From Candidatus Iainarchaeum sp. (GTDB lineage: Archaea > Iainarchaeota > Iainarchaeia > Iainarchaeales > JAZDDZ01), in contig JAZDDZ010000007.1 of the NCBI GenBank assembly GCA_043809245.1, positions 14,434 to 78,433 of the forward strand: a stretch of 64,000 bases of DNA, given 5' to 3'. The notes under the pieces are model-generated. The model was not told where the DNA came from and did no database searches. It worked only from the letters and a program-made list of their open reading frames with translations. Position 1 is the stretch's first letter. Each line of letters starts with the position of its first letter. Positions 1 to 11,752 of this stretch are shown in pieces. The position numbers and the translations under genes were made by a program.

Positions 1-2790
1 GGCGCGCCGATAATTGCTGAGGCCAGGCTTGACATTAACGGCGCTGCAATAAACCCTTATGCAAGGGCGCAGCCGCGTGACTTCATCCAGACAGGGGTAA
101 GCTCAATTGACGCGATGAACACGCTTGTAAGGGGCCAGAAGCTTCCTATTTTTTCGGGAAGCGGTTTGCCGCACAATGACCTCGCGGTGCAGATTGCAAG
201 GCAGGCAAAAGTTTTAGGCAAAGAAGAGCAGTTCGCTGTCATTTTTGCAGCTGTTGGAATAACGCACGAAGAGGCAAGCTTTTTCATGCAGGACTTTGAA
301 AGGACTGGGGCGCTTGAAAGGGCAGTGCTGTTCTTGAATTTGGCTGATGACCCAAGCGTTGAAAGGCTTATTACGCCGAGGCTTGCATTGACTACAGCCG
401 AGTATCTTGCTTTTGAAAAGGGAATGCAGGTGCTTGTGGTAATAACTGATATGACGAATTACTGTCTAGATTCTGGTACGGAGATGATACTTTCAAACGG
501 TGAAATAATAGACATCGGATCATATGTTAACTCAAATTTAAAAGAAACCCCCAATACATTTTTCTTAAAACAACCAGTAGCTGTTGCTGGCAAAGGTACG
601 CTACAATTGGAGGCTATCACTGCAAACAGCCAGCCAAATAAAATCAAAGTTCTTTCATGGGGCGAAAATAAAACTAGGCCCATGAATGTTTTGGCATTCC
701 AAAAGATTAAAGCGCCGGCAAAAATGGTGGAACTAAAAACTCGCTCTGGACAAAAAATATTGCTAACCGAAGACCACAAAGTGTGCGTTGATACAATAAA
801 TGGCCCGGCAATGGTTGAGGCGGGGAAGATAAGCAAAGGAGACGAAATATTAGCGGCTTCAAAGATTTCACTTGAAAGCGAATGGGCGCCAAGCATACTG
901 GAACTTATTTGCAGCGATAACGCGCCAAAATTATTCGTACACCTAAACAAAGACACAAAAGAAAAGTTGAAAGAAGCGCTCAAGGAAAAATTTGAAAGCT
1001 TAAATAAAGCTTGTAAAATGCTGGAATTAAACTATGATTCAATAACGAACCCAAAGTGCGGCATAGAATCAAGAGAGTTAAGTAAAATTTGCAGAGAAAC
1101 GGACTTCACATTAAGCTATTTATCCAGCCGCATAGAGCGAATAGCCTCAGAAAAAAGCAAAAGCGTTAGAATTGGGTTTGACAAAGTGAATGCAGATCTA
1201 CTGTATTTATTCGGTTTAATTGCGTCTGATGGAAGTGTTATTGTAAATGAAAGAAGCGGCATATATAGAGTTGACTTTTCAAACAAAAATGAAAAATTAA
1301 TTAGCACATATGTTGAAAAGATGCATAAATTGTTTCCGCAGCTGAAAATAAGCCTGTTCAGCTCAAAAAGCGGCGTAATAATAGCCAGAATAAATTCAAT
1401 CTTCTTGGCTCATGTTGCTAATATGCTTGGCATTGTTGACATGAATCTTAAACCAGTGTTCAAGCTATCTGAGCAAAACATTGCTTGCTTTTTGAAAGGC
1501 TACTTTGACGGTGACGGCACAATTACTGGCTTGAAGCGTTCTCTGAAAGTGGCTTACACAACTGTAAACAGGCTGACTGCAAAAAGAATTCAGTTGCTCT
1601 TGAAGAGACTGGGCATCAGAAGTGTAATCGTTGAGAGAAAACCAACAAAAACATCATTTGGAAGAAGTAATGTGTTCGACATTGTTGTAAGAGGAAAAAA
1701 AGATATGCTGAACTTTATCAGCAAAGTAGGCAGTAACCACCCCCAAAAATTGGAAAAAATGGGATTCGCGGCTAAAAACAGGTTTATTGGCGGAAAAAAC
1801 TGTTATTCAAATGATTTTGACAAAGTTCCAAAAGCATGTTCCGCAATTTTTAAAAATTTAAGAAAGCGGAATAAAATTTCACAAACCATGATTTGCCAGG
1901 GCGGATTTATAAGTGAGTTCGAAAACAATAAGAAGAGAATATCCAAGGAGCAGTTATGTTCCTGGATATCTAAATTAAAAAAGCTAATAGCAGTTGATGA
2001 ATCTAACAAAAAAGCGTTGCAGATATTAGATGGCTATACCTCGGAAGAATTCTATTTTGACAAAGTTATTAGCACAGCCACTATAGATTACGCTAAAGAA
2101 TTTGTGTACGACATAACTGTTGAAGGTACGCACAAATTCATAATAGAAAATGGTTTAATAGTTTCAAACTGCGAGGCATTGAGGGAGATTTCAAGCGCAA
2201 GGGAAGAGGTGCCTGGAAGAAGGGGCTACCCAGGATACCTTTACACTGACTTAGCGTCAATTTACGAGCGTGCTGGAGTGATTAAGGGAAAAAATGGGTC
2301 AGTGACACAATTCTCAATTCTTTCAATGCCAGGGGATGACATAACGCACCCGATTCCAGACTTAACTGGCTACATAACGGAGGGCCAGATTGTTTTAAGC
2401 CGCGATATTCACAGGAAAGGCATTTATCCTGCAATTGATGTTTTGCCCTGTCTTTCAAGGCTGATGAATCTCGGCATAGGCGAGGGAAAAACAAGGTCTG
2501 ACCACCGCGGGGTCGCAGACCAGCTTTACTCTGGTTACGCGGAAGGAAGGGATTTGAGGGCTTTGAGCGCTGTTGTGGGGGAAGAGGCCTTAAGCGAAAC
2601 AGACAAGAATTATCTGCGCTTTGCGGATGCGTTTGAGCAGAAATTTGTCCAGCAGGGAAAACACGAGAACAGGAGCTTAGAGCAGACTTTTGAAATTGCC
2701 TGGGATTTGCTGTCAACCCTGCCGAAAGAAGAGCTAAAGAGGGTCAAAGAAAAATTCATTGACCAATATTATAAGCCAAAAAAAGAGTGA
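1..2790 (+). CDS. atpB: A/V-type ATP synthase subunit B, 5'-truncated by the window edge and interrupted by an in-frame intein
   Basis: Frame +1 is open from nt 1 ([59 protein letters not shown]), so the real start lies upstream of the annotated Met at 115. After removing nt 463-2169 the exteins join as VVITDMTNY|[36 protein letters not shown], the conserved subunit B core. atpD follows, as in archaeal atp operons. Confidence 0.93.
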   Translation, partial: GAPIIAEARLDINGAAINPYARAQPRDFIQTGVSSIDAMNTLVRGQKLPIFSGSGLPHNDLAVQIARQAKVLGKEEQFAVIFAAVGITHEEASFFMQDFERTGALERAVLFLNLADDPSVERLITPRLALTTAEYLAFEKGMQVLVVITDMTNYCLDSGTEMILSNGEIIDIGSYVNSNLKETPNTFFLKQPVAVAGKGTLQLEAITANSQPNKIKVLSWGENKTRPMNVLAFQKIKAPAKMVELKTRSGQKILLTEDHKVCVDTINGPAMVEAGKISKGDEILAASKISLESEWAPSILELICSDNAPKLFVHLNKDTKEKLKEALKEKFESLNKACKMLELNYDSITNPKCGIESRELSKICRETDFTLSYLSSRIERIASEKSKSVRIGFDKVNADLLYLFGLIASDGSVIVNERSGIYRVDFSNKNEKLISTYVEKMHKLFPQLKISLFSSKSGVIIARINSIFLAHVANMLGIVDMNLKPVFKLSEQNIACFLKGYFDGDGTITGLKRSLKVAYTTVNRLTAKRIQLLLKRLGIRSVIVERKPTKTSFGRSNVFDIVVRGKKDMLNFISKVGSNHPQKLEKMGFAAKNRFIGGKNCYSNDFDKVPKACSAIFKNLRKRNKISQTMICQGGFISEFENNKKRISKEQLCSWISKLKKLIAVDESNKKALQILDGYTSEEFYFDKVISTATIDYAKEFVYDITVEGTHKFIIENGLIVSNCEALREISSAREEVPGRRGYPGYLYTDLASIYERAGVIKGKNGSVTQFSILSMPGDDITHPIPDLTGYITEGQIVLSRDIHRKGIYPAIDVLPCLSRLMNLGIGEGKTRSDHRGVADQLYSGYAEGRDLRALSAVVGEEALSETDKNYLRFADAFEQKFVQQGKHENRSLEQTFEIAWDLLSTLPKEELKRVKEKFIDQYYKPKKE
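463..2169 (+). mobile_element. Intein (569 aa) with a LAGLIDADG homing-endonuclease domain, inserted in atpB
   Basis: Starts with Cys ([14 protein letters not shown], block A). Has a TxxH block B ([10 protein letters not shown]) and two LAGLIDADG motifs ([14 protein letters not shown]; [12 protein letters not shown]). C-terminal blocks F/G read [22 protein letters not shown], followed by the +1 Cys of CEALREIS. In frame, with no stops. Confidence 0.9.
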
Positions 2791-3425
2791 CTTTTGTGGC
2801 GGAACAATTCAATCCCACGAGAATGGAACTGATTAAGGCAAGGCAGCGGGCAAAGCTTGCGGCAAAAGGCCACCAGCTTCTCAAGCAAAAGCGTGATGCG
2901 CTTGTAATGGAGTTCTTCAAAATAATGTCAAAGGCAAAGGACTTGCGCGGGGAATTAGAGGAACAAATGGCGCGCTCTTATGCCTCTCTTGGAGTTGCAC
3001 AGGCATTCCATGGAATTTTTGAGGTAGAGCACGTTGCGCTTGCAACCCCGAACATTTCAGGCGTGAATTTGGAAGTGAAAAACGTGATGGGAGTCAAGAT
3101 TCCCTCGCTTGAAGAGGTGCAGGTGAAAAAAGGAGTGCTTGAAAGGGGCTATAGTTTTGTTGGCTCCAGCGCAAAAATAGACGAGGCAACTGAAGCGTTT
3201 GAGAATTCCTTGCATCTTGTATTGAAGCTCGCGGAAACCGAGAACGCAATGAAAAAACTGATTACTGAAATAGAGAAAACCAAGCGCAGAGTGAACGCGC
3301 TTGAATACGTTGTCATCCCACGCCTGAAATCGCAGGCAAAGGCAATCTCTTTCCGCCTTGACGAAATGGAAAGGGATAATTTTTTCACGCTGAAAATGAT
3401 GAAGGGAAAACTGAAGGCGAAATGA
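2787..3425 (+). CDS. atpD: A/V-type ATP synthase subunit D
   Basis: [35 protein letters not shown] plus a C-terminal coiled coil is typical of subunit D. The GTG start overlaps the atpB stop by 4 nt. Confidence 0.9.
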   Translation: MTFVAEQFNPTRMELIKARQRAKLAAKGHQLLKQKRDALVMEFFKIMSKAKDLRGELEEQMARSYASLGVAQAFHGIFEVEHVALATPNISGVNLEVKNVMGVKIPSLEEVQVKKGVLERGYSFVGSSAKIDEATEAFENSLHLVLKLAETENAMKKLITEIEKTKRRVNALEYVVIPRLKSQAKAISFRLDEMERDNFFTLKMMKGKLKAK

Positions 3426-3426
3426 A

Positions 3427-3843
3427 TCACATCAGCCTATGCGGCCTGCGCTGCAATGGTTTGGGTTTTCTTTTTTCCCTTGCCCCAAGTGCGAGTTTGT
3501 AAAAATCCAGTTCAAGTTTCTTTTTTCTTTGCCTTCCTTTTAGAAAATCTATTTCTTCAAATTCGTTGCAAATAACTGAATCATTCATCCGGTTCTGCCC
3601 GTGATGTACTCTGATTACATTCTCTTGCCGAAGAACCGCTAATCTGGCTTTTTGCATAGCTTTTTTTGTTATTTCAAGATTTGCTTTGCAAGCAGTTATT
3701 GGAATAAACTCCTTGCTTTTGTTTTCAATTGAAAAAACAGCCTTCAATTGGCTGGGTTCTTTAAAAAGCTTAAGCCAGTTATTGACGCACTTTAAAAGTT
3801 CAGCCTGCATTTGGCGGTCTATTTCGAGTTCTTTTTCACCCAT
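3427..3843 (-). CDS. Hypothetical protein (139 aa from MGEKELEID), third gene of the toxin-antitoxin operon
   Basis: Open reading frame only. The internal ATG at 3843 overlaps the toxin stop by 8 nt, and the longer 3873 start would lie inside the toxin gene. Basic C-terminus. I recognise no family. Confidence 0.4.
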   Translation of the reverse strand: MGEKELEIDRQMQAELLKCVNNWLKLFKEPSQLKAVFSIENKSKEFIPITACKANLEITKKAMQKARLAVLRQENVIRVHHGQNRMNDSVICNEFEEIDFLKGRQRKKKLELDFYKLALGAREKRKPKPLQRRPHRLM

Positions 3844-4084
3844 ACGCGTGCCCTCTGCCGTCAATCCATGCAAATTTCACTGTTTTGCCCTGAACTGTGT
3901 AGATTATTCTTAGCTTTTCAATTCTTTCACTTTTGAAGTTCTGCAAAGGGTAATGCAATGGTTTTCCCGCTTCAGGGTTTTCTGCAATTTTTATTATTTT
4001 CTTTTTGACCAGTTCCTGCAGCCGGGAATCAAGCTTTTTGTACGCTTTTTTGAATTTGCCAGAATAAGAAGAAAGATAATCCAT
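3836..4084 (-). CDS. Type II toxin, RelE/ParE family
   Basis: 82 aa. The pattern FKKAYKKL..LQELVKKKIIKIAENPEAGKPL...KLRIIYTV...IDGRGHAY matches the RelE/ParE fold signature. Its start overlaps the upstream small gene by 1 nt. Confidence 0.75.
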   Translation of the reverse strand: MDYLSSYSGKFKKAYKKLDSRLQELVKKKIIKIAENPEAGKPLHYPLQNFKSERIEKLRIIYTVQGKTVKFAWIDGRGHAYG

Positions 4085-4296
4085 CAGGCATCAAGCTCTG
4101 CAAGCATTTCTTTAACGGATTCAAATTTCTTTAATTTGCCCTGCTGCACTTCTTCAACTGCATTCCAAAATTCTGGGTCGCTAAATAATTCCAAGTCTTC
4201 AAGGTAATCCTTAAAATCCGCTTTCAGCCTTGAGGCTTCTGCAATCATTCCCTTAACTGCCTTTTTTTGGATTAAAACAGTTTTGCCATTAGCCAT
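4084..4296 (-). CDS. Putative cognate antitoxin (70 aa)
   Basis: Small acidic ORF immediately upstream of, and overlapping, the RelE/ParE gene. A GGAG Shine-Dalgarno (SD) sequence and a TATA-like TTTTTATAGGG lie upstream on the minus strand (4333-4343). Confidence 0.55.
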   Translation of the reverse strand: MANGKTVLIQKKAVKGMIAEASRLKADFKDYLEDLELFSDPEFWNAVEEVQQGKLKKFESVKEMLAELDA

Positions 4297-4359
4297 AATT
4301 TTTCTCCTAAAATATTCATTGGGCTAAAGCCCTATAAAAAGCTTGTGCACGTACTGATT

Positions 4360-5580
4360 TCACTTTTTCCCGAGTATTTCCAGCCCTGGAAGGGTTCCAT
4401 CGGAAAGGTATTGGAGCAATGCTTTTCCCGCCAGGCTCATGTGCTGAAAGTCAGAGGGAAGCAAACCCAAATCGCTTAAAGCCCTTTCAGTGTCCCCGCC
4501 CCCCAAAATGGAGTAAGTGCGGGAGAATGCAAGGCATTCAAGTATCTTCTTGGTGCCTAGGCGGAACGCGGTTTCCTCGTAAACCCCCATTGGGCCGTTA
4601 AAAACAGCCAGGTTTGAGGCCTTAATTTTTGACTTGAAGAGCTCAACAGTGTCATAACCTATGTCCATTGTGTCGAATTCCGTTGGCAAATCCTCTGCCT
4701 TTAACTCCTTTCTTTTATGCTTATTCGTGCTTCCATTGGCTTTAAACGCCAAATCCACGGGCAAAACAATCTTTTCCCCGAATTCCTGGAGGATTTTTTT
4801 GGCTTCAGGCAAAAGCCTGTCATGGCCTTTCATTTCAAAAAAACCGTCTTTTTTGCCCAATTCAAAGCCCTTGGCTTTTAGGAAAAGTTCGCCAAACAAG
4901 CCCCCCAGACAGGCCTCATCTGCTTTGCCTGATTTAAGCATTTTATGCAAAAGCTTAATCGAATCAGCGAGTTTTGAACCGCCCAAAACCAATAGCTTTT
5001 TGTCCTTTATTTCCTCAAGCTTGTGCAGTGCCTCCAATTCCTTTGAAAGAAATGGGCCTGCAACGCAAGGCAAGTGGTGCGCGAAGCCGACAACAGTTGC
5101 GTGCGAGCGGTGGCAAATACTTAAGGCGTCCTGCACAAACAAGTCGCCTAAAGGCGCGAGTTTTTTCACCATCTCGCACTGGGCGTGCTCCGAGGAAACG
5201 AGTTCCTTGTGTTCGTCTGAAACCATTCGCGTGTTCTCAAGCACGAGAATTTCACCGTTGCTTAAGCCCTTAATTGACTGCGTATAATTGTCCTCCCATG
5301 TGTTGAAGCCAACAGGCCTGTCAAGCAGCTTTTTTATGAGCTTTGCATGGCGGTAAAGGGAAACGAAATCGTCATCCCCGGGCCTTCCCTGGTGCGAGAG
5401 TACAGCCACTTTTGCGCCTTCCTCAACGAGATAGTAAATGCTTTTCGCGTGCTCCCTTATGCGCGAGGAAAGCACCACGCGCCCCTCAACCACTGAACTG
5501 TTGAGGTCTGCGCGCAGAAAAACGGTTTTTCCCTTCAAGTCCGGAACATCGTAAACAGATTTAAAATGCAATAAGCCCAC
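4360..5580 (-). CDS. pgk: Phosphoglycerate kinase
   Basis: 406 aa, GTG start. DLKGKTVFLRADLNS N-terminal motif, HQGRPG, and C-terminal SILGGGDT..A motif. Confidence 0.92.
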   Translation of the reverse strand: MGLLHFKSVYDVPDLKGKTVFLRADLNSSVVEGRVVLSSRIREHAKSIYYLVEEGAKVAVLSHQGRPGDDDFVSLYRHAKLIKKLLDRPVGFNTWEDNYTQSIKGLSNGEILVLENTRMVSDEHKELVSSEHAQCEMVKKLAPLGDLFVQDALSICHRSHATVVGFAHHLPCVAGPFLSKELEALHKLEEIKDKKLLVLGGSKLADSIKLLHKMLKSGKADEACLGGLFGELFLKAKGFELGKKDGFFEMKGHDRLLPEAKKILQEFGEKIVLPVDLAFKANGSTNKHKRKELKAEDLPTEFDTMDIGYDTVELFKSKIKASNLAVFNGPMGVYEETAFRLGTKKILECLAFSRTYSILGGGDTERALSDLGLLPSDFQHMSLAGKALLQYLSDGTLPGLEILGKK

Positions 5581-5600
5581 CGAATAAAAGGGGTTCGGAT

Positions 5601-5620
5601 AAAAATAAATATATAAGCAT
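5601..5620. promoter_or_regulatory. Candidate shared TATA element for divergent pgk and cupin-PGI genes
   Basis: AAAAATAAATATATAAGC is the only strongly AT-rich element in the 71-nt divergent spacer. It sits ~30 nt from the pgk start and ~41 nt from the ATG at 5652. Confidence 0.3.
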
Positions 5621-5651
5621 TCGAATTTAAGGGTTTAATAAGGCGGAAAAA

Positions 5652-7445
<1,794 letters not shown>

Positions 7446-7525
7446 TCAAGCCAATAGAATTGGAGGGGGAATTATTTTAAAGCGAACCGCGGATTCATAA
7501 TAGTACCGAACGCACAGGTGTTTTT

Positions 7526-8989
7526 TTGGACATGCCTAAACTTGATTTCTTCAAGCGCCCATATACAATCATTAATTTTTTCCTTCTGGTGCTTTTATTT
7601 GTCCTTATTTTTAATGTGTTTGCGGTTTTCAGCGATTTTCCCGGGCAGGATTACTCTTCGCACCTTGCTTACACGCATTTTTTTGGGAAATACGGGTATG
7701 CTGGTTTTGTGCCTAATTGGTACAATGGGTTCACAATGTTCGCGGAGTATCCCCCCGGCTTTTTCTATTACGAATCATTATTTATGCAGGCAGTCCAGCA
7801 GCCTGTGTTAGCTATGTTAATAGCACTTGCAGTCATTGTTTCTCTTATTTTTGCATTGGCTTTCATTATAGGCGACGAACTTGGATTTGAAATTGAAAAA
7901 AAACTGTTTTTAGGGCTTATTGCAATCTCCAGTTTTCCAACAGCAACCAATATTTTTTATGGGCGGATGCCCGAGCTGTTTGGCTGGATTTTCTTTTTAT
8001 TGGGAACTTGGCTGTTTTTAAGGTATTTAAACAAAAAGATTGATTTGTTTTTTTCAGCTTGCCTATCACTCATACTTTTCATGCTAATACTTTCCTACGT
8101 CAAAGTTTTTCTCCTGTTTATTTTTTTATTTGCAGGCTTTTTTCTTGTAAAAAGCTGGGCTGAAAAGCTAAAACTCGGGGCAATCGCATTGGCTGCTACA
8201 ATAATGGCTAGTTTTTGGCTTTTGCCGGCAATTATGAATTTCGGCAAGATTCGCATATTGGCAGAAAATGTTTTGTTAGCATCAATTCTGCAGAAGATTG
8301 ATTTTGCTATTGTTAACTTGTTTTTGTTTACGTATTTTTTTGCATTTATCACTTTTTCATTGCTTGCATTAAAAAAACTTTTTGATTTACGGCATGAACA
8401 ATTTTTGCAGCCGGCCTTTTTATTGTCTTTTTTCTGTTCATCATTACTTGTAGTTTTTATCCCTTTTTTAATTTATGTCGACCCTCATTCTTTTGCATTT
8501 TTTTTCATAATTATACTCTCAATCATTTTCCTAAAAGAAAAGAATGGCGAAAGAAGCATTCTTTTCAGCATATTTATTTTTCTTTTATTTTTATTTTCAG
8601 TAGTCGCTGTTTTTGGTTTTCCATTTTCAACTGTTGATACCTCTACACCGCCATTCGGCCTTTTGCCGGACGTTAATGAAAAATTCGTGCTAATGGAGCA
8701 CTATTCTTCCGGTTTTTCCTCGAACTTTTATGCATACAGCGCTATTTTTTATGACGCCAATACTTCTTTTGGCTGGAGACCAGTTCTGCAAAGCAGGGAG
8801 AGCGAGCAGATAATGCATTCTTTCGGGGGTCTACTGGAAGAAAAGAACTGCGCCCAAATTAAGGAAAACCTTGAAAAAGTGCAGGCAAAACAGGTTATTG
8901 CTGAGGAAAATGACTGCAACGTGCTATTGGAATGTGGTTTTTCTTTGAAGAAAAAAATTGAAAATTACTGCCTGTTAAATAAAACTTAA
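7526..8989 (+). CDS. Polytopic integral membrane protein, possible GT-C-type glycosyltransferase
   Basis: 487 aa with more than 10 hydrophobic helices. The N-terminal loop (DYSSHLAYTHFFGKYGYAGFVPNWYNGFTMFAEYPPGFFYY) resembles the conserved first loop of uncharacterised archaeal GT-C-like membrane proteins. The functional call is weak. Confidence 0.5.
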   Translation: MDMPKLDFFKRPYTIINFFLLVLLFVLIFNVFAVFSDFPGQDYSSHLAYTHFFGKYGYAGFVPNWYNGFTMFAEYPPGFFYYESLFMQAVQQPVLAMLIALAVIVSLIFALAFIIGDELGFEIEKKLFLGLIAISSFPTATNIFYGRMPELFGWIFFLLGTWLFLRYLNKKIDLFFSACLSLILFMLILSYVKVFLLFIFLFAGFFLVKSWAEKLKLGAIALAATIMASFWLLPAIMNFGKIRILAENVLLASILQKIDFAIVNLFLFTYFFAFITFSLLALKKLFDLRHEQFLQPAFLLSFFCSSLLVVFIPFLIYVDPHSFAFFFIIILSIIFLKEKNGERSILFSIFIFLLFLFSVVAVFGFPFSTVDTSTPPFGLLPDVNEKFVLMEHYSSGFSSNFYAYSAIFYDANTSFGWRPVLQSRESEQIMHSFGGLLEEKNCAQIKENLEKVQAKQVIAEENDCNVLLECGFSLKKKIENYCLLNKT

Positions 8990-9088
8990 CCAGCCCCATT
9001 ATGCGCCCGGCAGAATTAAAAAAAACAACGTGCCTTAAATGATGTGTGTCTTTAATAGGCAAAAACCATTGGCTTTCGGTGGGATTTA

Positions 9089-9859
9089 GTGCAGCAAGAA
9101 AAAGAGCGTAGCGCAATAAAAAAAGGGCATTATCCAGAGCCGGGGATTTCATTGGTGCTCGCTTGCTATAACGAGGCTGAAATTTTCAAGGATTCCTCGA
9201 AAAAAATTGAGGAATTCATGGAATCCCAGGGCTACTCTTACGAACTGGTTTTTGTTGAGGATAAGAGCGTTGACAACACCGTGGAACTAATAAGGGAATT
9301 CGCGAGCAACCATAAAAAGGTGAAAACAATTTTCCACGAACACAATATGGGCCGCGGCAGGACAGTTGCAGACGGCATTCGCGCCGCAAAAGGAGAAATA
9401 GTCGGATTCATTGACATTGACCTGGAAGTCCCGATAAGCCAGATTGCGCCACTGGTGAATGAAATAAGGGGTGGCGCGGATGCTGCAATAGGAAAAAGGG
9501 TATATTTCACGGGAATAAGAACAATTCACCGGCACATTCTAAGCAGGGCTTATTCACTGCTTAGCAGGGTTATGCTGAACCACGACTTTTCCGACACAGA
9601 AGCAGGCTGCAAATTTTTTAAAAGGGAAAAAATTCTCTCTTTCCTTTCCCAGATAAAGGAGAACCACTGGTTTTGGGACACCGAGATAGTGCTTAGGCCC
9701 TATTTTGCAGGGCTGAAAGTGAAAGAGGTTCCAGTGCTATTCATAAAGAATCGAAATGCGTCCAGCACAGTTAAAATCTTTTCAGACGCGGCATACTATC
9801 TCAAAATGCTTTGGAAGTATGCCCCGGAATTCCAGGAGCTTTCACGAAAAATGCTTTAA
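9089..9859 (+). CDS. Family 2 glycosyltransferase (dolichyl-phosphate sugar synthase-like)
   Basis: ISLVLACYNEAEIF, FVEDKSVDNT and FIDIDLEV (DXD-type) motifs. GTG start. Confidence 0.85.
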   Translation: MQQEKERSAIKKGHYPEPGISLVLACYNEAEIFKDSSKKIEEFMESQGYSYELVFVEDKSVDNTVELIREFASNHKKVKTIFHEHNMGRGRTVADGIRAAKGEIVGFIDIDLEVPISQIAPLVNEIRGGADAAIGKRVYFTGIRTIHRHILSRAYSLLSRVMLNHDFSDTEAGCKFFKREKILSFLSQIKENHWFWDTEIVLRPYFAGLKVKEVPVLFIKNRNASSTVKIFSDAAYYLKMLWKYAPEFQELSRKML

Positions 9860-10450
9860 GGTTTTCGCGGGAACGCCTGCAAGAATTTCGTTGCCACTGT
9901 TGTTTTCCACAACTACTGCGCCAGCGGCGACGGCTGTTTTCTCCGCAAGAACAGTTACTCCTACTATTATGCCGCCGAAACCGATGAATGAGTTTTTCCT
10001 TATAGTAATAGGGTTTGTTTTCTTTGGGAGGAATTTTTGGAGCGCATGGTCGACATAACCGACATTTGTGTGTGTAATCAGCGCGGAGCGCGAGGCGAGG
10101 GTGACATTTTCTTCAAGGGTTATTTTGTCGGACAAATCAAGTAGGCATTCCTGCCCCAGATAGCAGTTGTCGCCTATGGATAAAGCAGAAAAGCCCTTTT
10201 TGTGCGCATTGATGAACTTAACGTTTTCAATTACAACATTTTTACCGATCCTTGCGCCAAAAATCGAAAGAAAAAAAACCCTGAACGGAGAAACAAAGAG
10301 AAGGGAAAAAAGTCCGCAGGCAATTGAATAAAAAGCATATTTCAGCGCTTGGCCCCACCCTATCTCAGTTATTGCATTCATCCACAGAGAAATAGCCCCC
10401 GATAAACTAATATAAATAACCTTGATGTGTGGATAAAATGAATGGCGCAA
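9842..10450 (-). CDS. Hexapeptide-repeat (left-handed beta-helix) sugar O/N-acetyltransferase with an N-terminal membrane segment
   Basis: FGARIGKNVVIENV, IGDNCYLGQECLL and IRKNSFIGFGGIIVGVTVLAEKTAVAAGAVV are hexapeptide repeats. The TTG start at 10450 is uncertain; the first ATG is at 10381. Confidence 0.8.
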   Translation of the reverse strand: MRHSFYPHIKVIYISLSGAISLWMNAITEIGWGQALKYAFYSIACGLFSLLFVSPFRVFFLSIFGARIGKNVVIENVKFINAHKKGFSALSIGDNCYLGQECLLDLSDKITLEENVTLASRSALITHTNVGYVDHALQKFLPKKTNPITIRKNSFIGFGGIIVGVTVLAEKTAVAAGAVVVENNSGNEILAGVPAKTLKHFS

Positions 10451-10474
10451 TTAGTGGCAAAAAAGGAAGTTCAG

Positions 10475-11650
10475 CTATTTTTTCAGGTTTTTTTTCAAAA
10501 TGCGCTTCACATTTGTAATTATATGTTCCACTTCCTGTTCTTTCAACGCAGGTGATAAAGGAAGCGAGATTGTCCTGTCTGAAATGAATTTGGCGTTTGG
10601 AAAATCATTTTCACCATAATTAAAGTTTTCTTTGTAGTACGGGTGCAAATGAAGTGAAATGAAATGAATGCCTGTGCCTATGCCCCTTTTATGAAGCATC
10701 TGCTGAAATTCGTCCCTTGAAATGCCCAGCATATCAATGTCAAGCAGAGGCGTGTATAGGTGAAATGAATGCTTGCTGTCCTCCTCGGGTTCTTTTGGCA
10801 AAATAAGCGGCAAACCGCTTAATTGCTCTTGATAGCTTTCCCAAATCTTCTTTCGGATTTTCCAGTTTTTTTCTATTCTTTTAAGCTGATGAATGCCCAA
10901 CGCCGCCTGGAGGTCAGTCATGTTGTATTTGAAGCCAGGGTAAAGAACTTGATAATGCTTAAACCCGTTCCACGAATATCTTTCCCAGGCATCGGCGCTT
11001 ATTCCATGCAGACTCATCACCCTGATTTTTTCAGCCCATTCGTCATTGTTGGTTGTAACCATGCCGCCTTCACCTGTAGTTATATTTTTCGTCACATAAA
11101 AGCTGAAACACGCAGAAGCCCCCACATTTCCAATTTTTTTCCCGTTTTTTGTTGACTCAATGGCATGCGCTGCATCACCGATGACGTTTAAGCCGTGCTT
11201 TTCTGCAATCTCAATAATCCGGTCCATCTCACAGGGCCTTCCAGCGAAGTGAACAGGCAGGATTGCCTTTGTTTTTTTTGTAATTGCCGATTCGATTGCG
11301 TCTTCGTCAATGTTCATTGAATCCTTATTCACATCAACAAAAATTGGTTTGGCTCCAACATGAACTATCGTGTTGGCTGTTGCAGCAAAAGTTATGGGGG
11401 AAGTTATTACTTCGTCACCATTTCCTACGCCCGCCGCAATAAGTGAAAGGTGCATTGCCGCAGTGCAGGAATTAACCGCAATAGCGTGCCTGCAGCCTAT
11501 ATATTCCCTGAATTTTTTCTCAAAGGCCTGCGTTTTGGGTCCAGTGCCAAGCCAGCCTGTCTTAAGGCTATCGACAACTTCTTCGATTTCGTCATCCTCG
11601 ATTTTGGGCTTGCCAAAAACAATGTAATCGCTTGCATTTTTGCTTATCAT
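10475..11650 (-). CDS. DegT/DnrJ/EryC1/StrS-family PLP-dependent sugar aminotransferase
   Basis: Motifs GTGPKTQAFEKKFREYIG, AVNSCTAAMHL, FSFYVTKNITTGEGG (PLP Lys region) and ISLPLSPAL. ATG at 11650; the ORF track uses TTG at 11653. Confidence 0.9.
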   Translation of the reverse strand: MISKNASDYIVFGKPKIEDDEIEEVVDSLKTGWLGTGPKTQAFEKKFREYIGCRHAIAVNSCTAAMHLSLIAAGVGNGDEVITSPITFAATANTIVHVGAKPIFVDVNKDSMNIDEDAIESAITKKTKAILPVHFAGRPCEMDRIIEIAEKHGLNVIGDAAHAIESTKNGKKIGNVGASACFSFYVTKNITTGEGGMVTTNNDEWAEKIRVMSLHGISADAWERYSWNGFKHYQVLYPGFKYNMTDLQAALGIHQLKRIEKNWKIRKKIWESYQEQLSGLPLILPKEPEEDSKHSFHLYTPLLDIDMLGISRDEFQQMLHKRGIGTGIHFISLHLHPYYKENFNYGENDFPNAKFISDRTISLPLSPALKEQEVEHIITNVKRILKKNLKK

Positions 11651-11727
11651 CAAACCACTGAATATGCATTAACTATAGTCAGAAAGCTATTTATTCAATT
11701 ATAGCAGATGCCCTAGGTTGATACGCC

Positions 11728-11745
11728 AAATAAACAGAAAAATCT
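11728..11745 (-). terminator. Candidate oligo-T terminator after the 892-aa surface-protein gene
   Basis: The minus strand reads GATTTTTCTGTTTATTTGG just downstream of the TAA at 11753-11755. Archaeal terminators are T-runs. Confidence 0.3.
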
Positions 11746-11752
11746 TTTCCGC

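Noticed and set aside
459-983. 174-aa minus-strand ORF opposite the intein region of atpB.
   Set aside because: It is antisense to a frame with clear intein block A/B motifs, and its translation has no recognisable features.
4661-5287. 208-aa and 99-aa plus-strand ORFs inside pgk.
   Set aside because: They are antisense shadow ORFs of a well-supported phosphoglycerate kinase gene.
7526-8989. Markedly AT/T-rich gene, considered as a foreign island.
   Set aside because: The bias is explained by Phe/Leu/Ile-rich transmembrane coding (TTT/TTA/ATT codons). No flanking repeats, integrase or tRNA were seen.
8990-9088. Intergenic spacers (8990-9088, 11654-11752, 51833-51955, 63540-63622) scanned for tRNA or other small RNA genes.
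   Set aside because: I could not fold a cloverleaf-compatible acceptor/T-arm pattern or any conserved RNA motif by eye. They look like ordinary promoter/terminator spacers. A covariance-model scan would be needed to be definitive.
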